DNA of 61,757 nucleotides, filler included, from Choristocarpus tenellus KU-1152 (Eukaryota > Protista > Phaeophyceae): NCBI GenBank assembly GCA_964200185.2. It is 12 parts of 12 records of this genome, joined end to end, with 100 filler letters (N's around TTAATTAATTAA, not from the genome) between each part and the next. Parts side by side here need not be neighbours in the genome. Positions count along the whole stretch, not along the records: positions 58,297 to 61,757 come from CAXNAD020019879.1; 11 more parts are not named here. The stretch is one strand, 5' to 3'. Position numbers and translations under genes: made by a program. The notes below the pieces were generated by a model. That model was not told the DNA's origin, did not search any database, and was given only the letters and a program-made list of their open reading frames with translations. This document shows positions 61,561 to 61,757 of the stretch, in pieces. How positions within the stretch are numbered: position 1 is the stretch's first letter; the number at the start of each line of letters is the position of its first letter.

Positions 61561-61710
61561 GATCCAAAGCATATAAAAGGGTAGGAGTTTTGCCCTGTTT
61601 GTCTATTCAGGACTTGGCTTCCCACGGGGGGGGGTTGCCCTTTTTAGGTTTTCTGTGTGAATACAGTTACCTCAAATGTATACGACTATGAAAGGCGCGC
61701 CCAAGCACGG
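61561..61710 (+). mobile_element. MITE type B, 5' portion (hairpin-less subtype)
   Basis: GATCCAAAGCATATAAAAGGGTAGGAGTTTTGCCCTGTTTGTC... is homologous to the 54212 and 14660 copies. Confidence 0.8.
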
Positions 61711-61757
61711 ATAGAGTCAAATCTCTCGACCGGCAGCGCCCCGCCCGTCCCGGCGCC

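Overview
This window is not contiguous genome. It is 12 unplaced eukaryotic contigs joined by artificial 100-bp spacers (44 N + TTAATTAATTAA + 44 N, stops in all six frames), so adjacency across spacers means nothing. The genes have canonical GT-AG introns and standard coding. Their content suggests a stramenopile, most likely a repeat-rich brown alga (inference). Spliced genes reconstructed by hand: a secreted GH38 alpha-mannosidase (5' part), very-long-chain 3-oxoacyl-CoA reductase KCR (5' part), an SH3BGR/glutaredoxin-like protein, a complete 8-exon GNB1L/ASA1/DSE1-like WD40 gene, a serine palmitoyltransferase small subunit, a flavin amine oxidase (5' part), the 3' end of an EF-hand protein missed by the ORF track, a root-cap/VWD-like domain, an RG-rich two-KH-domain RNA-binding protein and the last exon of an amino-acid transporter. 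Several hypothetical exons are also present. Intergenic DNA holds nested mobile elements: a dead plant-type (DD39D-like) mariner transposase, two LINE relics, a copia RT relic, and an LTR-like repeat with a 101-bp tandem array. About 16 copies or fragments of an interrelated MITE group share a G-R-N-Y-CAAAG-Y-AT terminus; they show poly-G subterminal tracts, an optional internal hairpin and 3-4-bp TSDs. I found no convincing new multi-gene system. The MITE group and the uncharacterised protein families are the best candidates for novelty.
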